A DNA stretch of 64,000 bases from Octopus bimaculoides. Lineage: Eukaryota. Shown one piece after another: positions 26,060-39,245 of this stretch; within the stretch, counting starts at the first letter, position 1, and every line of letters begins with the position of its first letter. The stretch covers positions 14,103,818 to 14,167,817 of the forward strand of contig NC_069004.1 of the NCBI RefSeq assembly GCF_001194135.2, given 5' to 3'. The notes below the pieces were generated by a model. The model did no database searches. It was not told where the DNA came from and saw only the letters and a program-made list of their open reading frames with translations. The translations under genes and the position numbers were made by a program.

Positions 26060-27523
26060 GGAGAAAGAAAGATAGAGTAAGTAATAAGATGGTATAAACA
26101 ACAACAGTTCCAAATGAATAATAGAATGAAATCAAGAGTTATAGAGTAAATAAACATGGTTAAAGAGGACAGTCTTAAACATGGCCTGAAGAATAGAAGT
26201 CATTGGCCAAAAGAAACAGTTTGCTATTGTTTAGCCCAAGGTTAGGTCTTATTGAGTAGGTCCATAATCAAAGATGTTGCACCCAAACTAAGCCATCTTT
26301 TTATTCAGACAAACTATATATAGGGATAGAAACACACCAACACTGGTTGTCAAGCCGTGGTGGGGACAAATACAACACATATAGATATATACATACATGC
26401 ATATTACAACACATATATGTACATACTCACACACACACATAGGTGCAGGCATGGCTGTGTGGTAAGAAGATTGCTTTGTAACCACATGGTTACAGGTTCA
26501 GTCCCACTGCATGTCACCTTGGGCAAGTGTCATTAACTTTAACCTCGCACTGACCAAAGCCTTGTGAGTGGATTTGGAAGATGGAAACTGAAATAAGCCC
26601 ATTGTACATATATCGTGTGTGTGAGTGTGTGTGTGTGTGTGCGTGTGTGTTTGTGTCTGTGCTTATCCTCCACCACTGCTTGACAACCAGTATTGGTGTG
26701 TTTACATCCTCCGTAGTTTAGTTTGGCAATAGAGTTTGATAGGATAAGTACCAGGTTTAAAAAAAAAGTACAGGGGTAATTCGACTAAAAGTTCTAATAA
26801 CTGAAACAAGTAAAAGATATATGTATAACAGACTTCTTTCAGTTTCCATCTACCAAATCCTCTCACAAGACTTTGGTTGGCCTGGAACTATGGTAGAAGA
26901 CACTTGCTGAACCCAAGACCATATGGAACTGAACCCAAGACCGTATGGTTGGGAAGCTACATAACCACGTCTGCATCTATATAAATGTTATCTAATAATT
27001 TGAAGAATCTGTCAAGGAATTTAAATTTCCAGGAAAGAGGATTTGTGATAATAAAACAATTGTAAAACAACTCTTGAATAGCAAAAAGAAATTTTTTTTT
27101 AATGGAAAACATGAAGTTATTTCGAAGAATTAAATGGTATAATAATGATATTCTGTTAATGGCTTCGTAAATAAATATATATTAATGCACTTTATATTTG
27201 GAAAAGCAAATGAAAACAAACAAAAAAAAAAAGAACGAAACAAGACACAAGAGAAATTCTGGAATATGGAAAACCATTTTACTCAGAATTTCAGACAATA
27301 TGTTTGTAGAATTTTTTTATTCATTTTTTAAAATTTATTTAATATCCCCCAGAAAATGCTAAAGTGGGTATAAATTGATTTGATGACGTCAGTATTTGAT
27401 GTAAGTGTGAGTATTGCAGAAGAAAAGGTGAGATCTCGATAAAACAAAGCTGTGGGTGAAATCACTTCATATACAAACAGGCAAACCAAGAATGTCTTTG
27501 GCTTAACAATGGAACATCTATAT

Positions 27524-28038
27524 CAGTGGTTCCCAAACTTTTACGGGCTGCCACCCCTCGGCACCCGAGCCACATTCCTAGCACACACTTCCTACCCACC
27601 AGCACAAACATAAACCACTTTCTGCAGCAAATTCAAAACATCTGTATTTCACAAATAAAATTTAACCTAATTAACTCATTTGTGGAGGCGTGTGGCTTAG
27701 TGGTTAGGGTGTCAGCATCATGATCGTAAGATTGTGGTTTCGATTCCTGGACCGGACGACGTGTTGTGTTCTTGAGCAAAACACTTCATTTCACATTGCT
27801 CCAGTCCACTCAGCTAGCAAAAATGAGTAACGCTGTGATGGACTGGTGTCCCGTGCAGCTGGTAACACATACGCCATTGAAACCGGGAAACCGGGCCCAC
27901 GAGCCTGGCTAGGCTTTAAAAGGGCGCATTTATTTTATTATTAATCAACTCATTATTTTGTTGTTTTTACATNNNNNNNNNNCCCCCCCCCCCCACACAC
28001 ACACAGGAGGGCAGTACTACCCACTTTGGGAACCACTG
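27524..28038. mobile_element. hAT MITE carrying a nested SINE
   Basis: TIRs cagtggttcccaaa / tttgggaaccactg; degenerate 8-bp TSD atctatat / atcgatac. A 10-N gap lies inside. Confidence 0.8.
27681..27941 (+). mobile_element. tRNA-derived SINE (family D) with about 13-bp TSD, nested in the hAT MITE
   Basis: A/B-box-like head ggcttagtggttagggtg...gtttcgattcc, CpGs retained, AT-rich tail. TSD taattaactcatt (27668-27680) / taatcaactcatt (27942-27954). Confidence 0.8.
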
Positions 28039-30116
28039 ATCGATACAGTCATCAGCTCGCCTCATTTCACTTACATAACAGACAAACCAAAAATATATTT
28101 GGCTTAACAGTGGAACATCTATGTAGTCACCAACTCTGCAAAAAATGGCAACCAAATTTCTCTCAAATCATAGACTACTATCTTAAAAGAGGAACATTTG
28201 ATTATCATTTGTTTTTGTTGTAGAAAATTTGTGAAAATTCCCACCACATCAGCAACAAGCACTTCCATTTATTCCAGGTCAATGAACAGTTAAGAAGTTC
28301 AGCCTGTAAGTTTGTAATTCTGTGTTTGATCCCACTGTGGGGTACCTTGAGCAAGTATCTTATACCATGCCCTCAGCCTCACTCATATCATCAGAGTGAT
28401 AATTATTTCTATTTAGCCAGGTAAACTAGATCAAGCAGAGTTGCATTTATTGTTCAGGGGTAGAACACATCGACACAAGTGAGATCTGAATTCATGATCA
28501 ATGTAATCAAGAAGTCCAGCACTTAACCTCCACAACTATTGTACTTCCCGAAGATCAAATGATCAGAGATTGGTTACTGAAGAGATGTTTTGATTGAATA
28601 AGCTTCAGTAAGAGAAGTGTGATGATGTGTTTTAGAATCAATCAGCAATTAGGAAAACCATAGCCATAGGCGTGGCTATATGGTAAGAAATTTGCTTCAA
28701 AACCACATGGTTCTGGGTTCAGTCCCACTGCATGGCACTTGGGCAAGTGTTTCCTACAATAGTCCTTGGCTGACCAAAGCCATGTGAGAGGATTTTTAGC
28801 AAACAGAAATTGAAAGGTGTTCTCTCTGTCTGTCTGTCTCTCTCTCTCTATGTATATAAATACATACAAAGAGAGAGAGAGAGAGAGAATATTCTTTTAT
28901 TATTATACTTGTGTCAGTCATTTGACTACAGCCATACTGGATCACCGTCATTAGTTGAGCAAATTGACCCCAAGATTTATTCTTTGTAAGCCTAGTACTT
29001 ATTCTATCAGTCTCTTTTACCAAAATCGCTATGTTACGGGCATGTAAACGCACCAGCAATATTGGGGGTGGTGACAAACACACACACACACACACACATT
29101 ATATATATATATATATATACACAATGGACTTTTTTCAGTTTTCATCTATCAAATCTACTCACAAGGCTTTGGTCAGCCTGAGGATTTAGTAGCAGACACT
29201 TCCCCAGGGTGCCATGCAGTGGGACTAAACCTGGAACCATGTGGTTGGTAAGCAAGCTACTTTACACAGCCACTGTGCCTCCATGTCTTGACATCATGTA
29301 ATAATCGTAAATGACCATCACAGCTGTACAAGCAGTGTCATTCATTTCCAGTTGATGTACTCGACTAGTACCCACCCCATGAAATTTTAGGCCTTGTGCC
29401 TATAGTAGAAAGGATTATTATTATTACTATGATGGTGATGATGATCCTTGTTTAGATTTGAACTCCCTATACATCCTGGGGTTTTTCCCCCCTTATTAAG
29501 TTCTGTTCCTGATACCTGCTTGAATTAATTTAGATCACCACCATTACTCAGTCAGTTTCAAAAGCAGCAGCAGCCGCCCCCACAACAACCAAATCTTAAC
29601 CCATTAACAGGCTTCACTCTTTCTCTCCACCCACCTGCTTTTGTCATTATTCTACTCCAAGATATCTTCGTTAATTTAATTCTTGAATCACTAATGACAC
29701 TCCCTTTATTATTGCATCAACAAGTGGATTGTGGCAGTAGGGTTATTGAAAGGAATTAGTGTCGTTCATCAAGTGGAATATTAATTAATAAACTTCATAC
29801 CTCTCTCTCTGACACTCTTTTCATCCATCTCATTTTTCTGTTTATTTAGCAAATGAACCATGAAAAGGAACTTTAAGAAATTGATACATTACTCCCTGGC
29901 ATTTATACTTAGGTGATAGGAATGGAATAAATCTTGAATATATCAAAGAAGAATACAAAATTGCTTCTTCATCTATTATTATTATTATTATTATTATTAG
30001 GCTGCAAGTTAGCACAATTGTTAGCATGCTGGATAAAATGCTTAGCAGTATTTCGCCCATCTTTATGTTCTGAGTTCAAATGGTAGTCAGAAGTCAATAT
30101 AGAAATGATAGTTGGG

Positions 30117-30395
30117 CAGTGGTGCCCAACTACCAGGCTCCAATCAGTACCAGGCTGTGGAATCATTTGGTATAGGGCTGCATAGAAAGAAAATAATTTT
30201 TCAATTTTATTTGTATTTTATTGACTATCACAGTCTGCAGGGTGTTTTTACATTGTATATATGTTATATCAGATAATAATTAAATTTTATATAATGTACT
30301 TTCTGTGTTTTGTTATGTGTTTGATTCCCTGGTCCATGGAAAAATTGTTTTGCATGAAACCAGTCTATAACACAAAAATGGTTGGGGTCCCTCTG
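30117..30395. mobile_element. MER1/Charlie-like hAT MITE interrupting a SINE head
   Basis: Left end cagtggtgcccaac; right end ggtccatggaaaaattgttttgcatgaaacc...ggttggggtccctctg resembles Charlie-type MITE ends. TSD poorly preserved. Confidence 0.6.
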
Positions 30396-30658
30396 ATATA
30401 GGGACAATAGTAAAACTATAGTGGATGAGGGTAGACAGAAGCTGTTCAGCTGACAGTTGAAATAGAGTGGACAGTACAGTGGACAAGAGGTTAATATCAC
30501 TGTAAAACAATTACAAGATGTAAATGTGAATAGGTCATGTGTTAATTAGAAATAAGTAAGAAATATCAAGTCAAATTAATTCAGCAAATGTCACTTAATG
30601 TACATTACTAGAAATATTAACGTTACAGACTATGTGTGTGTGTGTGTGTGTGTGTGTA

Positions 30659-30692
<34 letters not shown>

Positions 30693-30754
30693 CACACATA
30701 TATATATATATATATGTATGTATATATAAATGATGATTTGCGTAGCTACATGAT

Positions 30755-31770
30755 AGATAAGTCAATTAAGGAAATGAAGTCAGGGTAAGTCCCCGGCCCG
30801 TCAGGAATTATTGCTGAGATGCTTAAAATATCTAGCAGAGAGGGATTGGCCTAGTCACATGTATAGTTAATCAAGTTGACCAAGGAGGGGTTATACTCAA
30901 TGACTGGTGTAGCAGTATTATATTCAATTGCTATAAGAAGTAATTACAGATATATTAAATTGCTGGACCAAGTCATGAAAGTTCCAGAAAGGGTCATGGA
31001 TCAAGTAATTAGGAAGAGAGTTAGCCAAGATGAGATGCAGTTTGGTTTTGTGCCAAGGAAAAGCACTAGTGATGTTATCTTCCTTGTAAGGCAACTGCAG
31101 AAGAAGCATTTAGCGAAAAATAAACTGCTGTACTTAGCATTCGTTGATACGGAGAAAACCTCAGGCAGGGTCTCTTACACCCTTATCTGGTGCTTGCTGC
31201 AGAAGCTAGGGGTAGATGTGTGGCTAGTGAGGGCTGTCCAAGCCATGTATAGAGATACTGTCAGTAAGGTGAAAGTCAGCAATGAATATAGTAACAAATT
31301 TGGAGGGCATGTAGGAGTTCACCAAGGCTCAGTTCTAAGGCCCCCTCTTGTTTATCATAGTCCTCCAGGCATAAAAATGGAATTTAAACTTGGTTGCCCA
31401 TGGGAGTTTCTCTTTGCTGATGACCTTGTTCTTATAGCTGAATCTATGATAGAATTAGAAAAGAAATATCAGGTGCAGAAGCAAGATCTGGAGTCAAAGG
31501 GGCTTAGAGTTCATTTGACAACGAACAAAATATGAGTAAGCAGGAAAGCAGACAAATTACTAATCCCTTCAGGGAAAGGGACCTGCTTGATATGTAGAAA
31601 AAGTGTAGGTAGAAATTCCATACGGTGTATGCAATGCAAGCTATGGACATATAAGAGAAGCAATAGAATCAACAGAAAGGTAAACAGAGAAAGTAGTCTT
31701 TGTGTGTGACAGATGTGCAGGAATAACAAAAACTAAGAATGTACAGGAAATAGATTTCCTCCACTGTCCA
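30755..31770 (+). mobile_element. Decayed RTE-type LINE reverse transcriptase fragment
   Basis: ORF 30876..31535 has QFGFVPRKSTSDVIFLVRQLQKK, YLAFVD.EK, GVHQGSVL.P and FLFADDLVLIAE (RT catalytic motif). Upstream PGPSGIIAEMLK; downstream Cys-rich CLICRKSVGRNSIRCMQCKLW. Stops and frameshifts present. Confidence 0.92.
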
Positions 31771-32419
31771 CTGGAGCAGGTGTGTTTACACAACACTGGC
31801 ATGGGTGCTTTTTAAGTGTAAATACACACACACACACACACACCACAGACTTGCACACAGTTTCCACTTATAAAATTCCACATGAGGTAATTAGTCAACC
31901 TGTGACCATTGTAGAATATGCTCTTGCCTACAGTACCACATAGCAGGAGTGACACTGGAATGATATTTTTACTTATTTCAGTCTTTGGATTGTGGTCATG
32001 CTGGGGCAATGCTTTGAAAGGGCTTAATCAAACAAATCCTAGTACTTTTTTGTTTTAAAGCCCAGTACTTACTCTATCAGTTTTCTTTTTGCCAGACTGT
32101 TAAGTTATGGGGAAATAAACAAACCAATGCTGGTTGTCAGGCAGTGGTGGGGAACAAACACACACATACATATATATATATATATACACTAACACACACA
32201 CACATGATGAGCTTCTTTCAGTTTCCATTTACCAAATCCACTCACAAAGCTTTGATTAGCCTAGAGTATAGCAGAAGGTAGTTTCCCAAGTAGCTATGCA
32301 GTGGGATTGAACTTATAACCTTGTGGCTGAGAAGTAAACTTCTTACCACACAGCCATGCCTGCGCCCATAGTTATACAGCAAACTTCTAAACCAAATGGC
32401 TAGGACTACTTAAGACATT

Positions 32420-32635
32420 GGTTTCAAATTTTGACACAATGCCAGCAATTTCAAAGGAGGTGGGATAAGTTGATTACATCGGCCCCACTGTTCAACTGGT
32501 ACTTATTTAATCAACCCCGAAAGGATGAAAGGCGAAGTTGACTTTGGCAGAATTTGAACTCAGGATGTAAAGATGGACAAAATGCCACTAAGCGTATTGC
32601 CTAGCAAGCTAATGACTCTGCCAGCTCACTGCCTT

Positions 32636-32682
<47 letters not shown>

Positions 32683-32907
32683 TAATAATAACAATCCTTT
32701 CTACTATAGGCACAAAGCCTGAAACTTGGGGGAATGGGACATGTTGATTACATTGACCCCAGTGTTTCACTGGTACTTAATTTATTGACTCCGAAAGAAT
32801 GAAAGGCAAAGTCAACCTCAGGGGAATTTGAACTCAGAATGTAGTGGTAAATGAAATACCACTAAACATTTTGCTTGGTGGGCTAACAATTCTGCCAGCT
32901 CGCTGCC

Positions 32908-32947
<40 letters not shown>

Positions 32948-33155
32948 TGATGATGATGATTAATAAATAAATAAATAAATAATAATGATGATTTCAAATT
33001 TTGGCACGAAGCCAGCAATTTCAGAAGAGAGGTTGCCTGATAAAATGAAAGGCAAAGTTGACTTCGGTAGAGGTTGAACTCAGAACGTAAACACAGATGA
33101 AATGCCTCTAAGCATTTTGCTTGGTGCGCTAGCGATTCTGCAAGCTCACTGCCTT
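32420..33155 (-). mobile_element. Three tandem minus-strand SINE family B copies linked by (AAT)n
   Basis: Each contains gaaaggatgaaaggcaaagt..acttc/tggcagaatttgaactcag...gccagctc. Other minus copies at about 5375-5815, 7080-7295, 13630-13830, 22490-22740, 35680-35870, 44960-45100 and 63595-64000. Confidence 0.85.
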
Positions 33156-34496
33156 ATGGACTACATGAGTTATTGATTTTATTTTGACTAGACTGAAAAC
33201 CCCAAATTTAAAAGTGCAGATGCAGGGTGGCTAGAAAATAGGATCATCAATGATTGTGCATTCTCCAAGAGAAATAGCAATGCAGGTGAAATGGAACGGA
33301 TACAGATAAAACTATGGAGGTGCATTAGTAATCTCTGTAAGTTTGATGTGTTCTATTCTAGTTCTTCTTATCAACAAGTCTTGGGAAAAATAAAAGTATA
33401 TATCAAAAATACAATAAACAGTGTAAACTTCAAAATGTGAAAAACAATGCTTGTTCTTTGAAGTGATAAAAATATCGTAGATCTTATTCACACGAAGAAT
33501 TATCACTGGCTTCTATAAATTGTATAATATGATTTGTTTCTTCTAGAAAATAAATCTATTTCTTCAGAAAGAGCAAAGCAAAACATAACAGAAAGAAAAA
33601 GAAGACAGAATGAAAATCAGATGAAATAAAAAATTTTGTCACTTATTTCAATTAACCATTCCTAAATTAAAAAAAAAAATAAATGAATAAGTGAAATAAC
33701 GAAAAAAAAAAAAACCTTCTGGAATAACTAACCTTCTTATGACCTTCAAACCATTAACCTCTAAAATTAGGTGCAGCAGAGCAAGAACAGTATTTTAAGA
33801 CAAGAGTTAAAAATAATGAAGTCATTTGTATAACATTTTAGCAATTCCTTATAAATAACTATCAAAAACAAAACAAACAAAAAAAATAATGAATAAAAAC
33901 AAACAAAAGTAATATAAATCTTTATAATCCGTTTTACTCCAGGGAATATAAACCAATCAACCGTTTTTAGATTAGAGAGAAATATGCTTTTTTTCTCAAT
34001 CCTAAAACATCAGTTTCATAGCAAAATGAATTTGATGCCTTTAACCATGAAAAATAAATATATTGTGAAAAATAAAAGAAAAATCCGAAAAAAACTTGAA
34101 AATAACTAATTTATCTAAACAGTAAATGAAAGTAAAATAAAACAAATAAAAGTAAAATCTGAAGGAATTAAGATTATTACCTTTGCATATTTTACACTAA
34201 TCAATAGCCAAGCTATAAAGAATTTATAAAGAATCCAATTTGCAAATGTTATTAATCTATTTTGCTCCTGCTTTGCAAAGAACTTCAACGAGATGATATA
34301 AACATCCACGATTACTGTAATTTTCTTGAAATATGTAATAAAATATTGGAGATTTTGTTGTTACCATTGCAAACAAGTGTATATATATATATATATATAT
34401 AAGGCAAAGTCAACCTACCACTAATTCAACTAGGTAGTAGTAGTAGTAGTAGTAGTAGTATGAACTAATGAAATAGTTTAATTCTCTAATCATCAT

Positions 34497-34531
<35 letters not shown>

Positions 34532-34777
34532 TGATAATATTCAGAGTGTTAGACATTGCTGAATGAATTCTGATGCCAGGCCAGATAGATCAGCGANNNN
34601 NNNNNNTTTTGTTTTTATATATATATATATATATATATATAAAGAACAAACACATAAACTTAGATTCTATTGACAAAGAACCTGATTGTCTTCAATTAAC
34701 AGAAATTGTTTTTCGCTGATCTATCTGGCCTGGCATCAGAATTCATTCAGCAATGTCTAACACTCTGAATATTATCA

Positions 34778-34812
<35 letters not shown>

Positions 34813-36256
34813 ATGATGATTAGAGAATTAAACTATTTCATTAGTTCATACTACTACTACTACTACTACTACTACCTAGTTGAATTAGTGGTAGGTTGAC
34901 TTTGCCTTTCATCCTTTTGGGGTCTATAAAATAAGTACCAGTTGAATATTGGAGTTGATGTAATCAACTTACTCTCTCCCCTGAAAATCTGCTGGCCTTG
35001 TGCCAAAATCTGAGACCATTATCATTATTATTATTATTAAGGTGGTGAGCTGGCAAATGTGTCACTTCTAGTTTTCTCTGTCCCCACTCACTTCAACCCA
35101 CCTTCTTAGCTTGAGGTGCCACCTGGACACTTCATCACCACTATTTAACTCTTTGTGGCTGCTGCTGATTCATTTCTCATTCTCTCCTAATTGTGAGTAG
35201 CCATGTAGCTCCCTACAAGAACTTGCTCTACTGCACATCCTTCTCACATGCCTTAACCCTAATCTGCAAGTGTAAAACCCCTCCCTTCAGATTTTTAAAG
35301 CTTGTAAGCTGCAAAGCAACCTCACCAGAGGCATGAGAAAAGTGCCCAGTATACACTGTAAGGGTATCCAGTCATAGAGACCATGCCAAAGTAGACATTG
35401 GAGCATGAGGCAGTCTTTGGGCCTCTCAGCTCCTTCAAACTATCCAAACCATGTCAGCATGGAGCATAGACATTAAATGATAATGATCATCATCATCATT
35501 TCATTGATCCTATCCATGTTTAAGATTGTTTAAAGCATTTGCTATACACATAATTCTTACAGTAATTTTAATAGCATATTCACAATGGAAAGACAAAAAA
35601 AAAAAAATGAACCAACCCTTTTCCATGGACAACTGCAAGTATGTCTTTCTTGATTACATTCACTTTTTGGTGTAATAATCCTTTCTACTATAGACACAAG
35701 GCCTGAAATTTTGGGGAGGGGTTAAGTTGATTACATCGACCCAGTACTCCACTGGTACTTAATTTACCAACCCCAAAAGGATGAAAGCAAAGTCAACCTC
35801 AGCAGGATTTGAACTCAGAATGTAAGCATTTTGCCCGGCACACTAACAATTCTGTCAGCTTGCTGCCTTACTTCTTGGAGTAATAATAAAAATTATAACT
35901 CAGAAGAGATGACAAGTGTATAACAAAAGATACAGTTTTCAAAGATGTTTTCTTCTAAGACTGTATTTTGTGTTTTTCTCCCTCTTCTCATATGGAGTTG
36001 GTCTTAATTGGCATTTGGTAATTATGATACACCCTCAAGAGGCAAACATGATTTTGATAAATCAAATATTCATGTTGGATGTTATTTGACAAACCAGTAT
36101 TTGTCTATTCAAATACATGCTGCTGGCCACTGAATTATTTCTCTTAGGCAATTTTTGTCTAAACTATGCCAATTACCTTAGCCATAACTGTTATCTACTC
36201 TGTTTTGTATGTATAAGTCTATGTCTTTTGCCTACTGAAGATAAGGTTGGACTATT

Positions 36257-36301
36257 GCTGAGCTGATGAAGGCCATTGAGCCAGAAACACACGTCCACAG
36301 C
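36257..36301 (+). ncRNA. Minimal type I hammerhead-ribozyme-like motif with canonical core
   Basis: GCTGAG-CTGATGA-A-GGC cattga GCC-A-GAAA-C acac G-TC-CACAGC: intact CUGAUGA/GAAA/GUC core, 3-bp helix II, 2-bp helix III, helix I 5 of 6 bp. Confidence 0.6.
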
Positions 36302-37639
36302 TCTCCTCTTAACTTATAATAGCAAGTCAGTTTTAGAGAATTATTGACTCTTGAGGTTATCTCCCCCTCTAAAGTGGAACTGCCATTCAGTAATTATGAT
36401 ATGCCCTCTTGAGTTGGAGATAGTGTTGATAAATCAAGAATTGTCATTGTAAGGTATTTAACATACTGGTATTTGTCTATGTTATTCAAATACATTGTTA
36501 TGGGTATGATTTTAAACTGCATCTGGTAGTGGGACCTCTAGAGTTTTAAGGAGTGTGAAACCACCTCTTAGCTACTATGGTTCCCAGGTCAACTCTGAGC
36601 TGGAGTGGTAGCATCTGTCAGGATCCTGGCTATGGGTTAAATAGAATGTATACTATCTGCTCCAAACCCAGGCTATATCTGCTCCGATAATTGGTGGCAA
36701 CTTGGTCAGCGAATCCTCTGTGATGGTCAACAATTGATAGCAAGATGAGCTGCCATGGATCCTATCATCCACAAGTGTGTGTCCATGTGACCGGGGACCA
36801 CATGTGAATTTGTGTATTCTTACTGAAATTCCAAATGATGAACTACAGTTATGGTGTCTGCACTATGTAATGCACTTGCTCCCCTAGTGAGGCATTACTT
36901 TGCTAACTGAAACATTAGGGCTGACCGTTAAACATGATCAGCATTCATGACGGATGTGGTGAACTCATCGGTTAGAACTATCTCAACCCATCCCATCTGA
37001 ATGCTGTTCTAAGTACAAGTAAGTAAGTACATGCCACTTTTAGTTATTTTTCTTAGCTCATTTTTGCTTAAATTATAGGATTATTGCTTTGCTCGGAGAG
37101 AGACAAAATTCATACTTGTTAGAGATAATTCACTGTTTGACAGTTCAATATTATGTCTATTTAAATAATTTCACCTCTGCAATATTTAAAAAGACACCAA
37201 TAAAAGTTGAATAGTTTTCTTTCAGTCAATTAAAATTTTGATTACATTTTATGAATGTGTTTTTTTTCATGAAGCTTATTGAAAAGGAAACAAAAGATCA
37301 ATAATTTTCCCCCCTTCCAATCATCTTCTGGAAATATCTCAATATAATTATGTCTATAAGTAATAAAGTTGAAAATGTTCATCTTTTAATATCAGCTTCC
37401 TGTTCAATATTGCTGGTAATAATTTAACATTGAAACCCCTAAAACGTGTGTGCATGTGTGTGCTAAGTAAAGTACTGAGGCAGTGTGTATGTGTGCCATA
37501 GATAGGTTTATAAATAGCTGAACAATGGGAATAGCTGAACATAGCTGAACAATGGGAACACAGAACAAAATTAAGAATAACTTGAATAGTTTCACCAGTC
37601 ATTACCAGCTTATTATGAATGTATATTTCATCCTATCTA

Positions 37640-37765
37640 CGAAGGGAGAAAGAGAGAAAAGGAAAGGAGAGGAAAGAGAAAGGAAAGGAGAAGGGGAGAG
37701 GAGGAGAGAAAAAGAGAGAGAAGGAGAGAAAAGGAGAGAAAAGGAGAGAGAGGTTAAAGTGGGGA
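37640..37765. repeat. Polypurine GA-rich low-complexity tract
   Basis: About 120 bp with almost no pyrimidines (gagaaaaggaaaggagaggaaagag...). Confidence 0.9.
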
Positions 37766-38289
37766 GAGAGTACAGAATACAGCTTCATACATAAAAATGC
37801 AGGGAAGAAAGAACGTTGCTTTTGTTTATTTGTATATCAGTGCATTTGTTGGTATTACAAATAGCAAACTAGATGATGTAAGCAGTCCTGATGAGCTGCT
37901 GCACATGACCAGTAAAACTAACAGAATTGTTCACTCTGTTCTGCAGAAAGAACCCTGTGGCTTTCCTGGGAGCTTTATTTGTATCAAATACGTACATAAA
38001 TTTATTGCCATGTTAAATCTATATAGTGTGCACTCTATATAGTGGTTAGCAGACAAAAGGCAACAATATAGGATAGAGAAAGCCTTTTGGTCTTGGTGCA
38101 TATCATCATGGAACCTCTCTAGTGCTGGTGCCACAATAATATGCATCCTGTACACTTTGTAATGTGGTCAGCATTAGGAAGGGCATCCAGCCATAGAAAT
38201 CGTGTTAAAAATGAAGCATACTGAAATGTGAAGCAAAAAAATGAGACTGGATGCCTGGTACCTAGAAAGTCATTAGGCCCTCTACTAGT

Positions 38290-39099
38290 TGGAGAACAGA
38301 ATTGGTGGGTGTTCTGACCCAGCATTCAATAGAGGATTAGTGGCAGGGAAGAGTGACATTCTAGCAGGGACTAGGCATCCACAAAAACAAACTGTTAATC
38401 TGCTCTGGAGAACTTTCAGACCAGGGACTACCATAGATAATTTCCAGAAATCCTTGGCCTAGGAGTACTACCAAGGGGCATCAACACTCTGAAATAAACT
38501 CTACAGGCATGGAAGTGCTGTTGAATGGACTTGTCTGAGATGTGAGCAGAAAGATAAAACCATTCTGCATACACTTATTCAGTGACCGGGCATTGCTGAC
38601 TTGTGGAGTCATGTTGAACAGCAGTTATTGCATGTGGGATGGCTCCAGTTATCAGCTGAGTCCAAAGTGATAATTACCCAACAGCCCTCCTTTAACTGAG
38701 CAGAGAAGGCAGCTGTCCTTTGTCTGGTGGCTACAGTGAAAGAGATTGTGTGGTGGATGAGGCTGAAAAGTATGAGGACAGAGTCATTTCTCTTTGGTGG
38801 AGCCCTCATCAACTTTTCTATATTTCACTTGGAAAGGAAGGTGAGGGTGGACAAGGAGGTATTATCCTCATGTGAACTTTTTGAAACGTGGTAGAGAGTG
38901 GTGAAGATGGCAAGAGTAGATGGTACCACTTTAAGTATAAGCTTGTGAGTTGAAGAGCAAAATTTGGAGAGGGCACTTGCCCTTGATGTTCAGAGAGATC
39001 TTGGATGGTAGGGTTCCTCAATTAACCCCAGAAGTCCTGCATCAGGAGGATTACATCATTATCATCCCTTTTTGTTGTCTTTTCTTTTATTGATGCATA

Positions 39100-39145
<46 letters not shown>

Positions 39146-39245
39146 TCAGTTTTTCTATCATTAGATTCTTCATAATCCTCCTACTATGTCTATCTTTGTA
39201 TTCTACTCCCTCATCCATCACCCTGGTGGCAAATACAAGAAATCA
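38290..39245 (+). mobile_element. Tx1/L1-like LINE 3' end (zinc-knuckle region plus 3' UTR)
   Basis: Plus-strand reading NKLYRHGSAVEWTCLRCEQKDKTILHTLIQ*PGIADLWSHVEQ...VATVKEIVWWMRLK fits the C-x2-C...ETxxH...CP...W zinc-knuckle pattern of L1/Tx1 ORF2. Multiple stops. Confidence 0.72.

Noticed and set aside
30109-30132. Perfect 10-bp hairpin TAGTTGGGCA-GTGG-TGCCCAACTA as a Helitron 3' end
   Set aside because: No CTRR terminus at the expected distance; the right arm is the TIR of the adjacent hAT MITE.
34401-34908. Perfect 196-bp inverted duplication (34401-34596 versus 34713-34908) around a 10-N gap
   Set aside because: The arms are identical down to microsatellite lengths, one begins mid-SINE right after a (TA)n run and ends at the gap. 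This is most likely a mis-oriented contig end rather than a real palindrome.
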